From: an uncultured Alteromonadaceae bacterium | Lineage (GTDB): Bacteria; Pseudomonadota; Gammaproteobacteria; Pseudomonadales; Halieaceae | DNA length: 64,000 nt | Reading direction: 5' to 3' | Assembly: GCA_964438205.1 (NCBI GenBank) | Contig: CAYTJQ010000006.1 | Location: 19,594 to 83,593, forward strand | Shown: positions 1-10,733 of the stretch, piece by piece | How positions within the stretch are numbered: position 1 is the stretch's first letter | Layout: every line of letters begins with the position of its first letter | The notes under the pieces: model-generated | Database searches by the model: none | Seen by the model: the letters and a program-made list of their open reading frames with translations, nothing else | Told to the model about the DNA's origin: nothing | Program-made: the position numbers and the translations under genes

Positions 1-1948
1 CGAACCGGGCAGGTTGGCGGACACGATCGCCGCGCATATGGGCGTGGACCTCGAGGAGAAGCAGCGCATCCTCGAGATCGCCGACGTCAAGCCGCGGCTG
101 GAGCACCTGATGGGGCTCATGGAGGCGGAGATCGACCTGTTCCAGGTCGAGAAGCGCATCCGCGGCCGTGTCAAGAAGCAGATGGAGAAAAGCCAGCGCG
201 AGTACTACCTCAACGAGCAGATGAAAGCGATCCAGAAAGAGCTCGGGGAGATGGACGACGCGCCGAACGAAGCCGAGGAGCTGGAGGCCAAGATCAACGA
301 GGCGCGCATGCCCGAAGAGGCGCGCGAGAAGGCCCTCGGCGAGCTGTCCAAGCTGAAGATGATGTCGCCCATGTCGGCCGAGGCCTCCGTCGTGCGCAGC
401 TATCTCGACTGGATGGTGAGCGTACCCTGGTCGAAGCGCAGCCGGGTCAAGCACGACCTCAAGCGCGCCCAGGAGATCCTCGATGCCGACCACTACGGCC
501 TCGAGGAGGTCAAGGAGCGCATCGTCGAGTACCTCGCGGTGCAGAAGCGCGTACGCAAGCTCAAGGGCCCCGTGCTCTGCCTCGTGGGCCCGCCCGGCGT
601 GGGCAAGACATCCCTCGGCGAGTCCCTGGCCCGGGCCACCAACCGCAAGTTCGTGCGCATGGCCCTCGGCGGCGTCCGCGACGAGGCGGAGATCCGCGGC
701 CACCGCCGTACCTACATCGGCTCCATGCCGGGCAAGCTGCTGCAGAAGATGGCGAAGGCCGGCGTGCGCAACCCGCTGTTCCTCCTCGACGAGATCGACA
801 AGATGGGCATGGACCACCGCGGTGATCCGGCGTCCGCCATGCTCGAGGTGCTCGACCCGGAGCAGAACCACGCCTTCAACGACCACTACCTGGAGGTGGA
901 CTACGACCTGTCCGACGTCATGTTCGTGTGCACCTCGAACACCATGAATATCCCGACGCCGCTGCTGGACCGCATGGAAGTGATCCGCATCCCCGGCTAC
1001 ACGGAGGACGAGAAGCTCAACATCGCCCTGCGCTACCTGCTGCCCAAGCAGGTGAAGGTCAACGGCCTCAGGAAGGACGAGATCACCCTGAGTGAAGCGG
1101 CGATCATCGACATCATCCGCTACTACACCCGCGAGGCCGGTGTGCGCGCCCTGGAGCGCGAGATCGCCAAGGTCTGCCGCAAGATGGTCAAGAAGATCGC
1201 TGTGGGCGAGGCCGAGTCCGGTACGGAGGTCGGCCCCGACGGCCTCGAGGATCTGCTCGGCGTGCGCAAGTTCAACTACGGCGTGGCCGAGGAAGAGAAC
1301 AAGATCGGCCAGGTCACGGGCCTGGCCTGGACGTCCGTGGGCGGCGAACTGCTGACCATCGAGGCGGCGGCGGTCGCCGGCAAGGGGCGCTACGTCAAGA
1401 CGGGCTCCCTGGGCGACGTCATGCAGGAGTCGATCCAGGCGGCGAGCACCGTGGTGCGCAGCCGCTCCCAGCTGCTCGGCATCCCGGCGCGCTACCACGA
1501 CGCGCACGACCTGCACATTCACGTCCCCGAGGGCGCCACGCCAAAGGACGGCCCCAGTGCGGGGATTGCCATGTGCACGGCGCTGGTCTCCGTGGCGACG
1601 CAGATTCCGGTACGCGCCGATGTTGCCATGACCGGCGAGATCACCCTGCGCGGCGAGGTGCTGCCCATCGGCGGCCTCAAGGAGAAGCTCCTGGCGGCGC
1701 GCCGTGGCGGCATCAAGACGGTGATCATCCCGCGGGAGAACGAGCGCGATCTCAAGGAAGTACCCGACAAGATCAAGGTAGACCTGGAAATCGTCGCCGT
1801 GAAGTGGATAGACGAGGTGCTCGCCATCGCCCTGGAGAAGACCCCGGAGCCCTTGAGCGACGACGACTACCTCGCGCCTCCGCCGAGCCGGCAGCCCGCC
1901 GGCAGCGATGGCGAGGAGGGCGACGAGGCGCGTCTGAACACCCATTGA
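1..1948 (+). CDS. lon: ATP-dependent Lon protease, 5'-truncated at the window edge
   Basis: Walker [10 protein letters not shown] and Lon proteolytic Ser motif PKDGPSAG. It is followed by hupB and ppiD, matching the classical lon-hupB-ppiD synteny. The frame is open to the window start. Confidence 0.95.
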   Translation, partial: EPGRLADTIAAHMGVDLEEKQRILEIADVKPRLEHLMGLMEAEIDLFQVEKRIRGRVKKQMEKSQREYYLNEQMKAIQKELGEMDDAPNEAEELEAKINEARMPEEAREKALGELSKLKMMSPMSAEASVVRSYLDWMVSVPWSKRSRVKHDLKRAQEILDADHYGLEEVKERIVEYLAVQKRVRKLKGPVLCLVGPPGVGKTSLGESLARATNRKFVRMALGGVRDEAEIRGHRRTYIGSMPGKLLQKMAKAGVRNPLFLLDEIDKMGMDHRGDPASAMLEVLDPEQNHAFNDHYLEVDYDLSDVMFVCTSNTMNIPTPLLDRMEVIRIPGYTEDEKLNIALRYLLPKQVKVNGLRKDEITLSEAAIIDIIRYYTREAGVRALEREIAKVCRKMVKKIAVGEAESGTEVGPDGLEDLLGVRKFNYGVAEEENKIGQVTGLAWTSVGGELLTIEAAAVAGKGRYVKTGSLGDVMQESIQAASTVVRSRSQLLGIPARYHDAHDLHIHVPEGATPKDGPSAGIAMCTALVSVATQIPVRADVAMTGEITLRGEVLPIGGLKEKLLAARRGGIKTVIIPRENERDLKEVPDKIKVDLEIVAVKWIDEVLAIALEKTPEPLSDDDYLAPPPSRQPAGSDGEEGDEARLNTH

Positions 1949-2098
1949 CCCGCCCGTTGACGCGGTCGCTCGGGCGACCAAGTTGACCGCGCAGCGGACC
2001 GTGGTATAACCTGCCGTCCTTCCTGCGCGGGCCTTTCCAGGCCTGATAAAACAACGCTCAGCACGCCGGAATGGCGTCCATTACCAAAGGGGATCACA

Positions 2099-2374
2099 GT
2101 GAACAAATCCGAACTCATCGACGCGATCGCGGCCGACGCCGACATCAACAAGTCGGACGCGGGTCGAGCGCTCGACGCCATCATCGACAACATCACCAAG
2201 GCCCTGAAGAAGGGCGACCAGGTCTCCCTGGTCGGCTTCGGGACCTTCACGGTCAAGCACCGGGCCGGTCGCGAGGGCCGCAACCCGCGAACGGGCGACG
2301 CGATCCAGATCGCGCCTTCGAACGTGCCCGGCTTCAAGGCCGGCAAAGCGCTCAAGGACGCGGTCAACAGCTGA
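2099..2374 (+). CDS. hupB: DNA-binding protein HU (beta-type)
   Basis: 91 aa; the sequence [11 protein letters not shown]...[18 protein letters not shown] is canonical HU/IHF. Its position lies between lon and ppiD. Confidence 0.93.
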   Translation: MNKSELIDAIAADADINKSDAGRALDAIIDNITKALKKGDQVSLVGFGTFTVKHRAGREGRNPRTGDAIQIAPSNVPGFKAGKALKDAVNS

Positions 2375-2420
2375 TCGCGAGCCGCCGGTACCGGGGCCGG
2401 GCTGTCGGTCCCGGCACAGG

Positions 2421-2450
2421 GAGCGCACTCACCGGGTGCGCTCTTTTTGT
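2421..2450 (+). terminator. Intrinsic terminator after hupB
   Basis: GAGCGCAC-TCACCGG-GTGCGCTC hairpin followed by TTTTTGT. Confidence 0.6.
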
Positions 2451-2504
2451 ATCGGACCCCGTCACCCCCGGCTCAATGCCTGACTAACGCGACCGCAACG
2501 ACTC

Positions 2505-4385
2505 ATGCTCCAGAACATTCGCTCCAACATCCAGGGTACGCTGGCCAAGATCATCATCGGCCTCATCGTGGTGTCCTTCGCCCTCTTCGGTATCGAGTCG
2601 ATCCTGCTGGGCGGCGGCAACAGCGGTGTCGCCGAGGTCAACGGCGAGACGATCACGCCCTATGACGTGCAGCAGACGGTCAACCTGCAGCGCCGCCAGC
2701 TCCTGGCCATGCTCGGCGACGAGGCGGACCCGTCGCTCCTCGACGAGGATCGGCTCACGGCACAGGCCATCGAGACGCTGATCCAGCGCCAGTTACTGGT
2801 GCAGGCAGCGGGGGAGCTCGGGCTGACGACCTCGGAGCAGTCCATCGGCGCCATCGTCGGTGGCATGGAGCAGTTCCAGGTCGGCGGGCAGTTCAACCAG
2901 GACCTGTTCCGCAGCGTGCTCGCCACCGCGGGCTTCACCCCGGCACTGTTCAAGGAAAGCCTGCGGGAGGACCTCGTCACCAACCAGCTGCGCGTCGGTC
3001 TCGCCGCAAGCGACTTCGCCACCCCCGCCGAGCTTGCGCTGCAGGCACGGATCGCCGGCGAGAAGCGGGACCTTCGCTACCTGGCAATCCCCGTGGACCG
3101 CTTCGACGACAGCGGTGTCGTCGAGGACGCGGCCATCCGGGCCTGGTACGAAGACAACCCGGACACCTTCATGACGCCGGAGACGGTCGACGTCAGCTAC
3201 CTGGAGCTCACCCTCGAGGACTTCGAGGAACCCGTCGGCGAGGAGGCGCTGCGCGAGGAGTTCGCCCTCACCCGCGACACCTTCGAGGTGCCCACCGAGG
3301 CCCGCGTCGCGCATATCCTGCTTATCCAGGGCGATGACGAGAGCGACGAGGCCTACGCGGCGCGGGTCGCCGAAGCCCGGGAGGCCGTTGCCGCGGGCGA
3401 GGACTTTTCTGCCGTCGCCGGGCGCCTTTCCGACGACATCGGGTCCGCTGCCGCGGGCGGCGATCTCGGCTACACGGCCGGCGACACCTTCCCGGAGGCC
3501 ATGGAAGCGGCCATCACGGATCTCGCCGTCGGCGAGGTCTCCGGGCCCGTCGAAACCGAGGCCGGCACGCACCTGATCAAGGTCCTCGACCGCCGTGAGG
3601 GCAAGGCCGTGACCTTCGAAGAGGTCCGTGGTCAGCTGGCCCAGCGCCTGCGCGAGGGGGCGGCCCGTGACGAGCTGCTGCGGGTGGTGGAGGAACTGCG
3701 GGACCTCGCGTTCAACGCCGAGGACCTGGCGTTCCCGGCGGACGAGCTCGGCCTGGCCGTGGAGACCGAGCGCGGCGTGCCCCGCGGGGCGAGCGACGGC
3801 CTGTTCGCGGACCCGCGGGTCCAGAGCGCGCTGTTCTCCGAGGAGGTGCTGGTCGAGCGGCACAACAGCCCCGTGCTGGAGCTCTCCCCGGAGCGTTTCC
3901 TGGTCCTCCATGCCGACACGCACCACCTGCCGGAGCGGAAGCCGCTGGACGCCGTGCGCGACCAGATCGCCGCCCGCATTGCCACCGAGCGGGCGCGGGC
4001 CGCTGCGCGGGCCGAAGGCGAACGGCTGCTCGCCGCGCTGGCCGCCGGCGAAACGCTGGACGGGCTGGCGAATGCCGGTGACTACGAATGGCAGGTGGAA
4101 CTGGGCGCGACCCGCGCGGCGAATGCGCTGCCGGGGCCCGTGGGACGGCGGGCTTTCACGCTGCCGGCCCCCGAGGGCGAGGCGCCGGTGCGCGAGCTGG
4201 TCGGCGGCCCGGCGGGCGACGTCTACCTGCTCGAGCTGACCCGGGTGACGCCCGGCAGCCTCGAGACCCTGCCCGCGCAGCGCGCGGCGCAGCTCCGCCG
4301 GAGCATCGCGGGCGAGTACGGCAGCGTTCTCATCGGTGCCTTCGAGAGCGCCCGGCGCGCGGACGCCGAGATCGAGATCTACTGA
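2505..4385 (+). CDS. ppiD: Periplasmic chaperone / peptidyl-prolyl isomerase PpiD
   Basis: 626 aa with an N-terminal TM anchor (LAKIIIGLIVVSFALFGI) and a parvulin-like segment (AHILL...GGDLGYTAG). Synteny after hupB. Confidence 0.85.
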   Translation: MLQNIRSNIQGTLAKIIIGLIVVSFALFGIESILLGGGNSGVAEVNGETITPYDVQQTVNLQRRQLLAMLGDEADPSLLDEDRLTAQAIETLIQRQLLVQAAGELGLTTSEQSIGAIVGGMEQFQVGGQFNQDLFRSVLATAGFTPALFKESLREDLVTNQLRVGLAASDFATPAELALQARIAGEKRDLRYLAIPVDRFDDSGVVEDAAIRAWYEDNPDTFMTPETVDVSYLELTLEDFEEPVGEEALREEFALTRDTFEVPTEARVAHILLIQGDDESDEAYAARVAEAREAVAAGEDFSAVAGRLSDDIGSAAAGGDLGYTAGDTFPEAMEAAITDLAVGEVSGPVETEAGTHLIKVLDRREGKAVTFEEVRGQLAQRLREGAARDELLRVVEELRDLAFNAEDLAFPADELGLAVETERGVPRGASDGLFADPRVQSALFSEEVLVERHNSPVLELSPERFLVLHADTHHLPERKPLDAVRDQIAARIATERARAAARAEGERLLAALAAGETLDGLANAGDYEWQVELGATRAANALPGPVGRRAFTLPAPEGEAPVRELVGGPAGDVYLLELTRVTPGSLETLPAQRAAQLRRSIAGEYGSVLIGAFESARRADAEIEIY

Positions 4386-5227
4386 GCGTCCGGCGGCGGC
4401 CTGGCCGCCGCGACGCTGCGCAGCGGCTCCGGCAGGTAGAGACCCTGCTCCTCGGGGTCGAGCGCCGCGGCGGCCGTTCCCTCCGCGAGTTCCTCGCGAT
4501 CCCAGCTGCGCAGGTCCAGCACCGGGTACTTCACGATCGAGAAATAGGGCGAATAGTCGAAGTCTGCCGGCACGCAGAGCTTCGGGTTGCGCCGGTAGAG
4601 CACGAGCTGACCGTCCTCCAGGCGTTTGACCAGCGGCAGTATCGGGTGGCCGGCGCTGGCGAAGGCCTCCGCGATCATCGTGGAACAGACCGTGTGCGTG
4701 CCGGGCCCGGCGCCGGCCCTGAACAGCGTGGAGCGCCAGCGCCGCGGCATGATGAACCAGGGGAACAGGAAACGCAGCAGGTCGAAGATCTGGCGCACAT
4801 CGTAGGGCGTGCCCAGGCGGCCGAGGGCGTAGCGCAGGACTTTGCGCCGGGCCTCGGGCCCCAGTCCCCGGGGCCGGCAGACCCGCAGGTGTTCGCCGCG
4901 GTAGACGGAGAGGGACCGGAGCACCGTGCCCTGGCCCAGTTCGCTCTCGACCAGCAGGGGCTCCTCGGGTGTCGTGGCCAGTCGCGTGGCCAGCTCCGGT
5001 GCCTCGGCAAGGCTCGCCGCCGGGCCCAGATACAGCGCTGCATGGGTCCAGGGGCTCTGGGTCACCCAGCCGATCACGTCGCTGACGCGGCTGCGCCCTT
5101 CAACGAGGATCACGTCGCCCGGTTGGATTTCCGCCTGCAAGCGCTCAAAATCACTCAGCGGGAAGGCGGGCAGCGGCCGCTTGTGGCCAAGAAAAGCAAC
5201 GAGCGCGTTCCTCAGCCCGGCGAGCAT
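4379..5227 (-). CDS. YiiX/YebB-like permuted papain-fold (NlpC/P60 superfamily) hydrolase, putative
   Basis: 282 aa. A His-containing segment (SPWTHAALYLG) precedes a Cys segment (VCSTMIAEAF), consistent with a permuted catalytic order. Family assignment is from memory only. Confidence 0.55.
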   Translation of the reverse strand: MLAGLRNALVAFLGHKRPLPAFPLSDFERLQAEIQPGDVILVEGRSRVSDVIGWVTQSPWTHAALYLGPAASLAEAPELATRLATTPEEPLLVESELGQGTVLRSLSVYRGEHLRVCRPRGLGPEARRKVLRYALGRLGTPYDVRQIFDLLRFLFPWFIMPRRWRSTLFRAGAGPGTHTVCSTMIAEAFASAGHPILPLVKRLEDGQLVLYRRNPKLCVPADFDYSPYFSIVKYPVLDLRSWDREELAEGTAAAALDPEEQGLYLPEPLRSVAAARPPPDAQ

Positions 5228-5286
5228 GGTGCGCCTGCCCCGGGGCTGCCACGACCCGGTCTTGCCCCCGCCCTGGAGAGCCGCTC

Positions 5287-5823
5287 ATGAGTGACAGCCT
5301 CGACAACCTCTCGCGGCAGCTCGAGGCCGCGCGCCGCGCCCCCGCCGGCCCGCCGGTGGACCAGTGGGATCCGCCGCTCTCCGGCGACATCGCTATCCGT
5401 ATCCTTGCCGACGGCAGCTGGCTGCACGAGGGCGACCCGATCCGCCGGGAAGCCCTCGTGCGGCTGTTTGCGAGCATCCTGCGCCGGGAAGACGACGGCG
5501 CCTACTATCTCGTGACGCCGGTGGAGAAGTGGCGTATCACCGTGGACCTGCACCCGCTGGTCGTGGAGGACGTCGAGGCGGTGGAGGAGGACGGCGAGGT
5601 GACCCTGCTCGCGAGCTGCAACACCGGGCGCCAGGTGCCTATCGATGCCGAGCATCCCCTGTTCACGGAACCGGCCGCGGCGGGGGCCGCGGTGGTGCGC
5701 CTCGAGCGCGGGCTGACGGCGCTGTTCAGCCGCAAGGCCTGGCCGCGGCTCGTCGACCTTGCGGTCGAGGAGCACGGAGAAACGGTCGTCTACAGCGCCG
5801 GCCAGCGGTTCCCCCTCGCCTGA
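5287..5823 (+). CDS. DUF1285 family protein
   Basis: 178 aa; the pattern WDPPLSGDI.IRI..DG.W.H.G.PI.R..LV.LF...L...D..YYLVTP.E is typical of DUF1285. Coding-like GC3. Confidence 0.6.
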   Translation: MSDSLDNLSRQLEAARRAPAGPPVDQWDPPLSGDIAIRILADGSWLHEGDPIRREALVRLFASILRREDDGAYYLVTPVEKWRITVDLHPLVVEDVEAVEEDGEVTLLASCNTGRQVPIDAEHPLFTEPAAAGAAVVRLERGLTALFSRKAWPRLVDLAVEEHGETVVYSAGQRFPLA

Positions 5824-5843
5824 GGCCCCGCCGCGGCGGGGCC
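5824..5843. terminator. Perfect 20-nt GC palindrome between convergent genes (bidirectional terminator candidate)
   Basis: GGCCCCGCCGCGGCGGGGCC equals its own reverse complement. It lies between the DUF1285 stop and the ETF-QO stop. There is no U-tract. Confidence 0.45.
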
Positions 5844-5850
5844 GTCTCGG

Positions 5851-7521
5851 CTACATGTTCGGGTAATTCGGCCCGCCGAAGCCTTCGGGCGTCACCCAGA
5901 CGATGTTCTGCGACGGGTCCTTGATGTCGCAGGTCTTGCAGTGCACGCAGTTCTGCGCATTGATCTGGAAGCGGTTGCTGCCGTCTGCCTCTTCCACGAC
6001 CTCGTACACGCCGGCCGGACAGTAGCGCTGCGCGGGCTCGTTGTAGAGCGGTAGGTTGGTGCCGATGGGGATCCCGGGGTCCTTCAGCGTCAGGTGGCAG
6101 GGCTGGTCTTCCTCGTGATTGGTGTTGGACAGGAAGACCGATGACAGCTTGTCGAAGCTGATGACGTTGTCCGGCTTCGGGTACTCGATCTTCGGGCACT
6201 GGTCCGCCGGCTTCATGGCGGCGTGGTCGGGCTTGCTGTCGTTCAGCGTGAACGGCAGCTTGCCGCCGAAGATGTTCTGGTCCAGCCAGACCATGCCGGA
6301 GCCGAGCAGGAACCCGAACTTGTGCATGAAGCCGGAGAAATTGCGCGTGCGGTAGAGCTCGTCGTAGGCCCAGGATTCCTTGAACTTCGTCTCGAAGCTT
6401 GCCAGGTCAGCCGGCGCGTCGTCGCCCTTCAGGAGGCCCTCGACCACGGCCTCGGCGGCGACCAGGCCACTCTTCATGGCCGTGTGGTTGCCCTTGATCT
6501 TCACCGCGTTCAGCGTGCCGGCATCACAGCCGAGGAGCAGGCCGCCGGGAAAGTGCATGCGCGGCAGGGAATTGAGGCCGCCCTTGGTGATGGCGCGGGC
6601 GCCGTAGCTGAGGCGGGAGCCGCCCTCGAGGTACTTGAGGGTCTCCGGGTGGTGCTTCCAGCGCTGGAACTCGTCGTAGGGCGATACGTGTGGATTCTCG
6701 TAGTTGAGATCCGTGATGAAGCCCAGGTACACCTGGCTGTTCTCGGCGTGGTACATGAAGGCGCCGCCGGAGGAGCCGCTCTCCTTGAGCGGCCAGCCGA
6801 GACCATGGACCACCAGGCCCTCCCGGTGCTGCCCGGCCGGGATCTCCCAGATCTCCTTGATGCCGATGCCGTAGTGCTGCGGGTCGCGGCCGGCATTGAG
6901 ATCGAAGCGCTCCATGAGCTGCTTGCCCAGGTGGCCGCGACAGCCCTCGCAGAAGAGCGTGTAGCGGGCGTGGAGTTCCATGCCCGGCATGTAGCTGTCT
7001 TTCTTCTCACCGTCGGCGCTGATGCCCATGTCGCCGGTGGCGATGCCTTTCACGCGGCCGTCTTCGTGGTAGAGGACCTCCGCCGCGGCGAAGCCCGGGT
7101 AGACCTCCACGCCGAGGTTTTCGGCCTGCTGCGCGAGCCAGCGGCACACGTTGCCCATGGAAACGATGTAGTTGCCCTCGTTGTGCGTGGGCTTCGGGAT
7201 GGCGAAGTTCGGCAGCTTCACGGCGCTTTTTTCGCTGGTGTAGAAGAAGAAACTGTCGTCCGTCACGCGGGTCTGGATCGGGGCGTCCATGTCCTGCCAG
7301 TCCGGGAACAGCTCGGCGAGGGCGCGGGGCTCGAGGACCGCCCCGGAGAGGATGTGCGCACCGACCTCCGAGCCCTTTTCGACCACGCACACGGTGAGCT
7401 CGTGCTCGTGGGCCTGGGCGAGCTGCATGATGCGGCAGGCGGCAGAAAGCCCCGCGGGGCCCGCGCCCACGATGACCACATCGAATTCCATTGACTCGCG
7501 TTCCACGGCTGACTCCTGCAT
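5851..7521 (-). CDS. Electron-transfer flavoprotein:ubiquinone oxidoreductase (ETF-QO)
   Basis: 556 aa with FAD motif VVIVGAGPAGLSAA and a C-terminal 4Fe-4S ferredoxin-like motif NCVHCKTCDIKDP. Confidence 0.93.
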   Translation of the reverse strand: MQESAVERESMEFDVVIVGAGPAGLSAACRIMQLAQAHEHELTVCVVEKGSEVGAHILSGAVLEPRALAELFPDWQDMDAPIQTRVTDDSFFFYTSEKSAVKLPNFAIPKPTHNEGNYIVSMGNVCRWLAQQAENLGVEVYPGFAAAEVLYHEDGRVKGIATGDMGISADGEKKDSYMPGMELHARYTLFCEGCRGHLGKQLMERFDLNAGRDPQHYGIGIKEIWEIPAGQHREGLVVHGLGWPLKESGSSGGAFMYHAENSQVYLGFITDLNYENPHVSPYDEFQRWKHHPETLKYLEGGSRLSYGARAITKGGLNSLPRMHFPGGLLLGCDAGTLNAVKIKGNHTAMKSGLVAAEAVVEGLLKGDDAPADLASFETKFKESWAYDELYRTRNFSGFMHKFGFLLGSGMVWLDQNIFGGKLPFTLNDSKPDHAAMKPADQCPKIEYPKPDNVISFDKLSSVFLSNTNHEEDQPCHLTLKDPGIPIGTNLPLYNEPAQRYCPAGVYEVVEEADGSNRFQINAQNCVHCKTCDIKDPSQNIVWVTPEGFGGPNYPNM

Positions 7522-7609
7522 CTTCGCTAAGTCCTTCGCTGCTTCCTTTCGGAGGTGAGGATAAGGGATTGAAAAGAATAGAGATTATAAGCGGCCTGGG
7601 GGCCAAAAA

Positions 7610-8872
7610 CTAGCGCCCGTCGGCGTCGTAGAGAACGCGCAGCTCCTCCCCGAGCAGGCGCAGGCCGCGGGCCACGGCGGTCGGGTCCTGGGCATAGGAC
7701 AGGCGCAGGCACTGGTGCGCGTGGTCCCAGGCCGGATCGAGGCCGATGAAAAAGCGCTCGCCGGGAATGGCGAGAAGGCCGCGGGCCTTCAAGCGCCGGT
7801 AGAGGTCGCTGGCGGGCACGGGCAGGTCTTCGAACCAGAGCCAGAGGAAGAAGGCGCCGTCCGGACGGTGTACCTGCCACGGCAGGCCCGCGAGTTCGCG
7901 GTGCAGTCCGGCGAGGGTCTCCTCGCAGCGGGCGCGATAGAAGGGCTGCAGTACCTCGCTGCCGAGCCGGTCCAGGGTGCCGTCCGCGAGCAGGCGGGTC
8001 GCCAGCACCGGGCCGAGGTTGCCGGCGGCGAGGCTGATGATCGTGCTGGCACTGGCAAAGGCACGGATGACCGGCTCGGCGGCGATCACGATCCCGGTGC
8101 GTACCCCGGGCAGCCCGAGCTTGGAGAGGCTCAGGGTCAGCACCGTGTGCTCGTCCCAGTGCGGCGCGGCCTCGGCGAAGGTGATGCCCGGGAAAGGCTC
8201 GCCGTAGGCGCCGTCGACGATCAGCGGGATGTCGGCGTCGCGCGCCAGCGCCCCGAGGCGCGCCAGTTCTTCGGCACCGAGCACGTTCCCGGTGGGATTG
8301 GTGGGCCGGGACACGCAGAGCGCGCCGACCCCGTCATCCACGACCAGCCGGTCGAAGTCGACGTGGTAGCGGAACTGCCGGTCCGGCAGGCGCTCGATGG
8401 CCGGTGCGGTCGCGGAGAAGAAATCGGGCGCCAGGCCCGCATCGGCGTAACCGATGTACTCGGGTACCAGGGGCAGGTGGATACGCCGCTGGCCGCCGTC
8501 GGGCATGACCCCGGCAAAGAGGTTGTACAGGATGAAGTAGGCAGATTGGCTGCCGTTGGCCACGGCGATGTGCCCGGGTCCCACGTCCCAGCCGTAGCGT
8601 GCCTGCAGGTAGCGCGCGAGTGCCTCGCGGAAAGCCGGGTCCCCCTGCGGCGACTGGTAGGCGCCGGCGAGGCGCTGCCACTCGCCCGGTTCTGCCAGCA
8701 GTGCGGCCAGCGCCTCGCGGAAAGCCGTCTCGGCCGCCGGGACCCGCGCCGGGTTGCCGCCGCCCATGAACACGAGGTCCGGGTCTGCGCGCAGGGCCTC
8801 GCCGAGGTCGCTCATCAGGTCGACGACCCCGGAGCGGCCGGCGAACTTCTCGCCGAAACGGCTCAGGCGCAC
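7610..8872 (-). CDS. avtA: Valine-pyruvate (AvtA-like) class I/II aminotransferase
   Basis: Collinear with E. coli AvtA as recalled from memory: N-terminal FGEKFAGRSG, CVSRPTNPTGNV, and PLP-Lys region SLSKLGLPGVRTG. The 684-aa track ORF is trimmed to GTG at 8872, because the conserved N-terminus begins just downstream and the upstream part overlaps the DUF2334 gene. Confidence 0.8.
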   Translation of the reverse strand: MRLSRFGEKFAGRSGVVDLMSDLGEALRADPDLVFMGGGNPARVPAAETAFREALAALLAEPGEWQRLAGAYQSPQGDPAFREALARYLQARYGWDVGPGHIAVANGSQSAYFILYNLFAGVMPDGGQRRIHLPLVPEYIGYADAGLAPDFFSATAPAIERLPDRQFRYHVDFDRLVVDDGVGALCVSRPTNPTGNVLGAEELARLGALARDADIPLIVDGAYGEPFPGITFAEAAPHWDEHTVLTLSLSKLGLPGVRTGIVIAAEPVIRAFASASTIISLAAGNLGPVLATRLLADGTLDRLGSEVLQPFYRARCEETLAGLHRELAGLPWQVHRPDGAFFLWLWFEDLPVPASDLYRRLKARGLLAIPGERFFIGLDPAWDHAHQCLRLSYAQDPTAVARGLRLLGEELRVLYDADGR

Positions 8873-9597
8873 AGCGCGGCAGTGCCCTGCACGGGGCAGA
8901 GGGAGGCGTAGCTGATCGGTGTCCAGCCGAGACCGAGGATGGCGCGCAACTGCTGCCCGAGCTGCAGCTCCGGGTCCCGCGGGTGCACGGCAATGCGCAG
9001 CGGGCGACCGCGGCGGTGCGCCTGGCGCAGCTGCAGCCGGTTCCACTTGCCGAGGACCTCGGCGCGCAGCCGCGTGTCCGCCTCGAAGCCGACCAGGGGC
9101 AGGGACACGAAACGGAAGGCGCCGCCTGCGTCGCGCAGGTGGACACCGCGCAGGGATTCGAGAACCGGGAAGGGCTGCTCCCGGAGCGCGCTGCCGCGCA
9201 GCCGCCCCAGGGCCCAGGCCGGCGGGATGTAGGTCCGCGGCTCGGGCAGGTCGCGGCCCGTGAACCAATCGCGGCTGCGGTGGGTGAGGGCAATGGCGCC
9301 AGGGCGGTCGAGAGCGAGGTGCTCGGCGACGTTGCGCGACAGGAGGGCCGCGTGGGTGCGGTGCCAGGCGGAGCGCGGGGACGTGCGGTGCACCCAGCCA
9401 TGCGCCACCAGCTCGTGGCCGGCCTCGGCGAGTTCGCGGAGCACGGCAACGCCGGCGTCGTTCCAGCCGGCCCCGGGAACCACCAGCAGCGCGACCCGGC
9501 CGATGCCGAACTGGGCGAGGAGCGCGAGGCAGCCTTGCACGGCCGGGAGCGTGTCCGGCATCACGTCGTGAACGGATACAAGGGCCGAAGGTTTCAT
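8863..9597 (-). CDS. DUF2334 / polysaccharide-deacetylase-like protein
   Basis: N-terminal VSVHDVMPDT motif, about 244 aa. ATG at 9597 forms an ATGA overlap with the upstream GT stop. Confidence 0.65.
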   Translation of the reverse strand: MKPSALVSVHDVMPDTLPAVQGCLALLAQFGIGRVALLVVPGAGWNDAGVAVLRELAEAGHELVAHGWVHRTSPRSAWHRTHAALLSRNVAEHLALDRPGAIALTHRSRDWFTGRDLPEPRTYIPPAWALGRLRGSALREQPFPVLESLRGVHLRDAGGAFRFVSLPLVGFEADTRLRAEVLGKWNRLQLRQAHRRGRPLRIAVHPRDPELQLGQQLRAILGLGWTPISYASLCPVQGTAALCA

Positions 9598-10733
9598 GCT
9601 GTCTCCCTGCGTTCGCTCGCCGCCACGGCCGCCAGCAGCGTGTGCCACTCGGCGATGGTCGCACCGTTCAGGTCCGCCGCGGCCGCCCGGCACTGGCGCT
9701 CAAGCAGTTCCCAGCGCCCGGGTCCGTAAGCCTGCAGTGAACGCAGGCAGTCTGCAAGGCTCTCACCGGGGGTGAAGGGCACGAGACCGGCGCGCAGGGA
9801 CGGCCAGTCGTGGATGCCCGCCGCCGTCGAGACCAGCGCCGGCCGGCCCCGGGCCATCGCCTCCAGGGCGATGGAGCCGAAGGTCTCGAAGCGGGAGGGC
9901 AGGAGCAGCAGGGTCGAGCTGTCGATAAGGTCGATCAGCGCCGAGCGGTCCAGCCAGCCGGTGAAGCGTACGTTGGCCAGACCGGCGGCCCGCGCTTCCA
10001 GCGCCTGCCGCAGCGGGCCTTCGCCGCCGATGACGAACTCCACGGCCGGCAGATCCCGCGCCGCCTCGATGACGAGGTCGACGTTCTTCTCCGGTGCGAG
10101 GCGGCCGGCGAAGCACACCCGTGCCAGGCGCCCGGGGATGGCGCGCCACGGCCGCTCGAGGAATTCCCGGGGCAGCGGGGTGCCGACGACCTGCACGCGG
10201 TCGGCACCATAGGCGCGCACCGCATCGGTGAGGCCCGCATTGTTGATCAGCACACGACTCGCGCGGCGGCAGATCAGCCGGTTGGCCGTACCGACCACGA
10301 GGTTGACCAGCCAGCGGGCCAGCGGTGGCCAGTAAAGCCGTGCGAGGCGCTCGAAATCCGTGTGGAAGGCCGCGACCAGGGGCAGGCCGCGCCGCCGCGC
10401 GTACCACGCGCCGAGAAGGCCGTAGAGCCCCGGCGTGACCACCACCACGACATCCGGCTGAAGCTCGCCCATGCGGCGGCCGATGCGGCGCAGGGGAGGT
10501 CCTTCGAGGCGCTGGTTGCGATCGCCGGGCATGGCGATGGAGAGGAGCGGCCGCGGCGGCTGGTCGCTCGGCTGGAACATGCCCAGGCCCGCCAGGTGAG
10601 CGGCGAGCTGGGGCAGCAGGTCGTGGTAGTAGGCCCCGGTGCCGTTGCGCTCCGGGAAGGCATCGGAGAAGAAGGCGACGCGCAGCGGCCGGGCGTCGGC
10701 GTCGTCCGCGTGGGTTTCGGGGGCCGCAGTCAT
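9594..10733 (-). CDS. Glycosyltransferase, GT4 family (GT-B fold)
   Basis: 379 aa with N-terminal FFSDAFPERNGTGAYY and a C-terminal EX7E-type motif (SRFETFGSIALEAMARG). Confidence 0.8.
   Translation of the reverse strand: MTAAPETHADDADARPLRVAFFSDAFPERNGTGAYYHDLLPQLAAHLAGLGMFQPSDQPPRPLLSIAMPGDRNQRLEGPPLRRIGRRMGELQPDVVVVVTPGLYGLLGAWYARRRGLPLVAAFHTDFERLARLYWPPLARWLVNLVVGTANRLICRRASRVLINNAGLTDAVRAYGADRVQVVGTPLPREFLERPWRAIPGRLARVCFAGRLAPEKNVDLVIEAARDLPAVEFVIGGEGPLRQALEARAAGLANVRFTGWLDRSALIDLIDSSTLLLLPSRFETFGSIALEAMARGRPALVSTAAGIHDWPSLRAGLVPFTPGESLADCLRSLQAYGPGRWELLERQCRAAAADLNGATIAEWHTLLAAVAASERRETA

Noticed and set aside
4379-4385. Convergent gene pairs whose 3' ends overlap: ppiD/YiiX-like 7 nt, nfuA/DAHP synthase 7 nt at 25927-25933, RND/mltD 4 nt at 37409-37412, and sulfatase/MBL 9 nt at 63699-63707.
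   Set aside because: These are real in the sequence, but they reflect general genome compaction in this organism rather than a specific regulatory device. There is no associated structure.
7610-9664. A 684-aa ORF taken at face value as one protein.
   Set aside because: Only the C-terminal roughly 420 aa align with AvtA-type aminotransferases. The N-terminal roughly 260 aa are Arg/Pro-rich and overlap, out of frame, the well-formed DUF2334 gene. The start was reassigned to GTG 8872.
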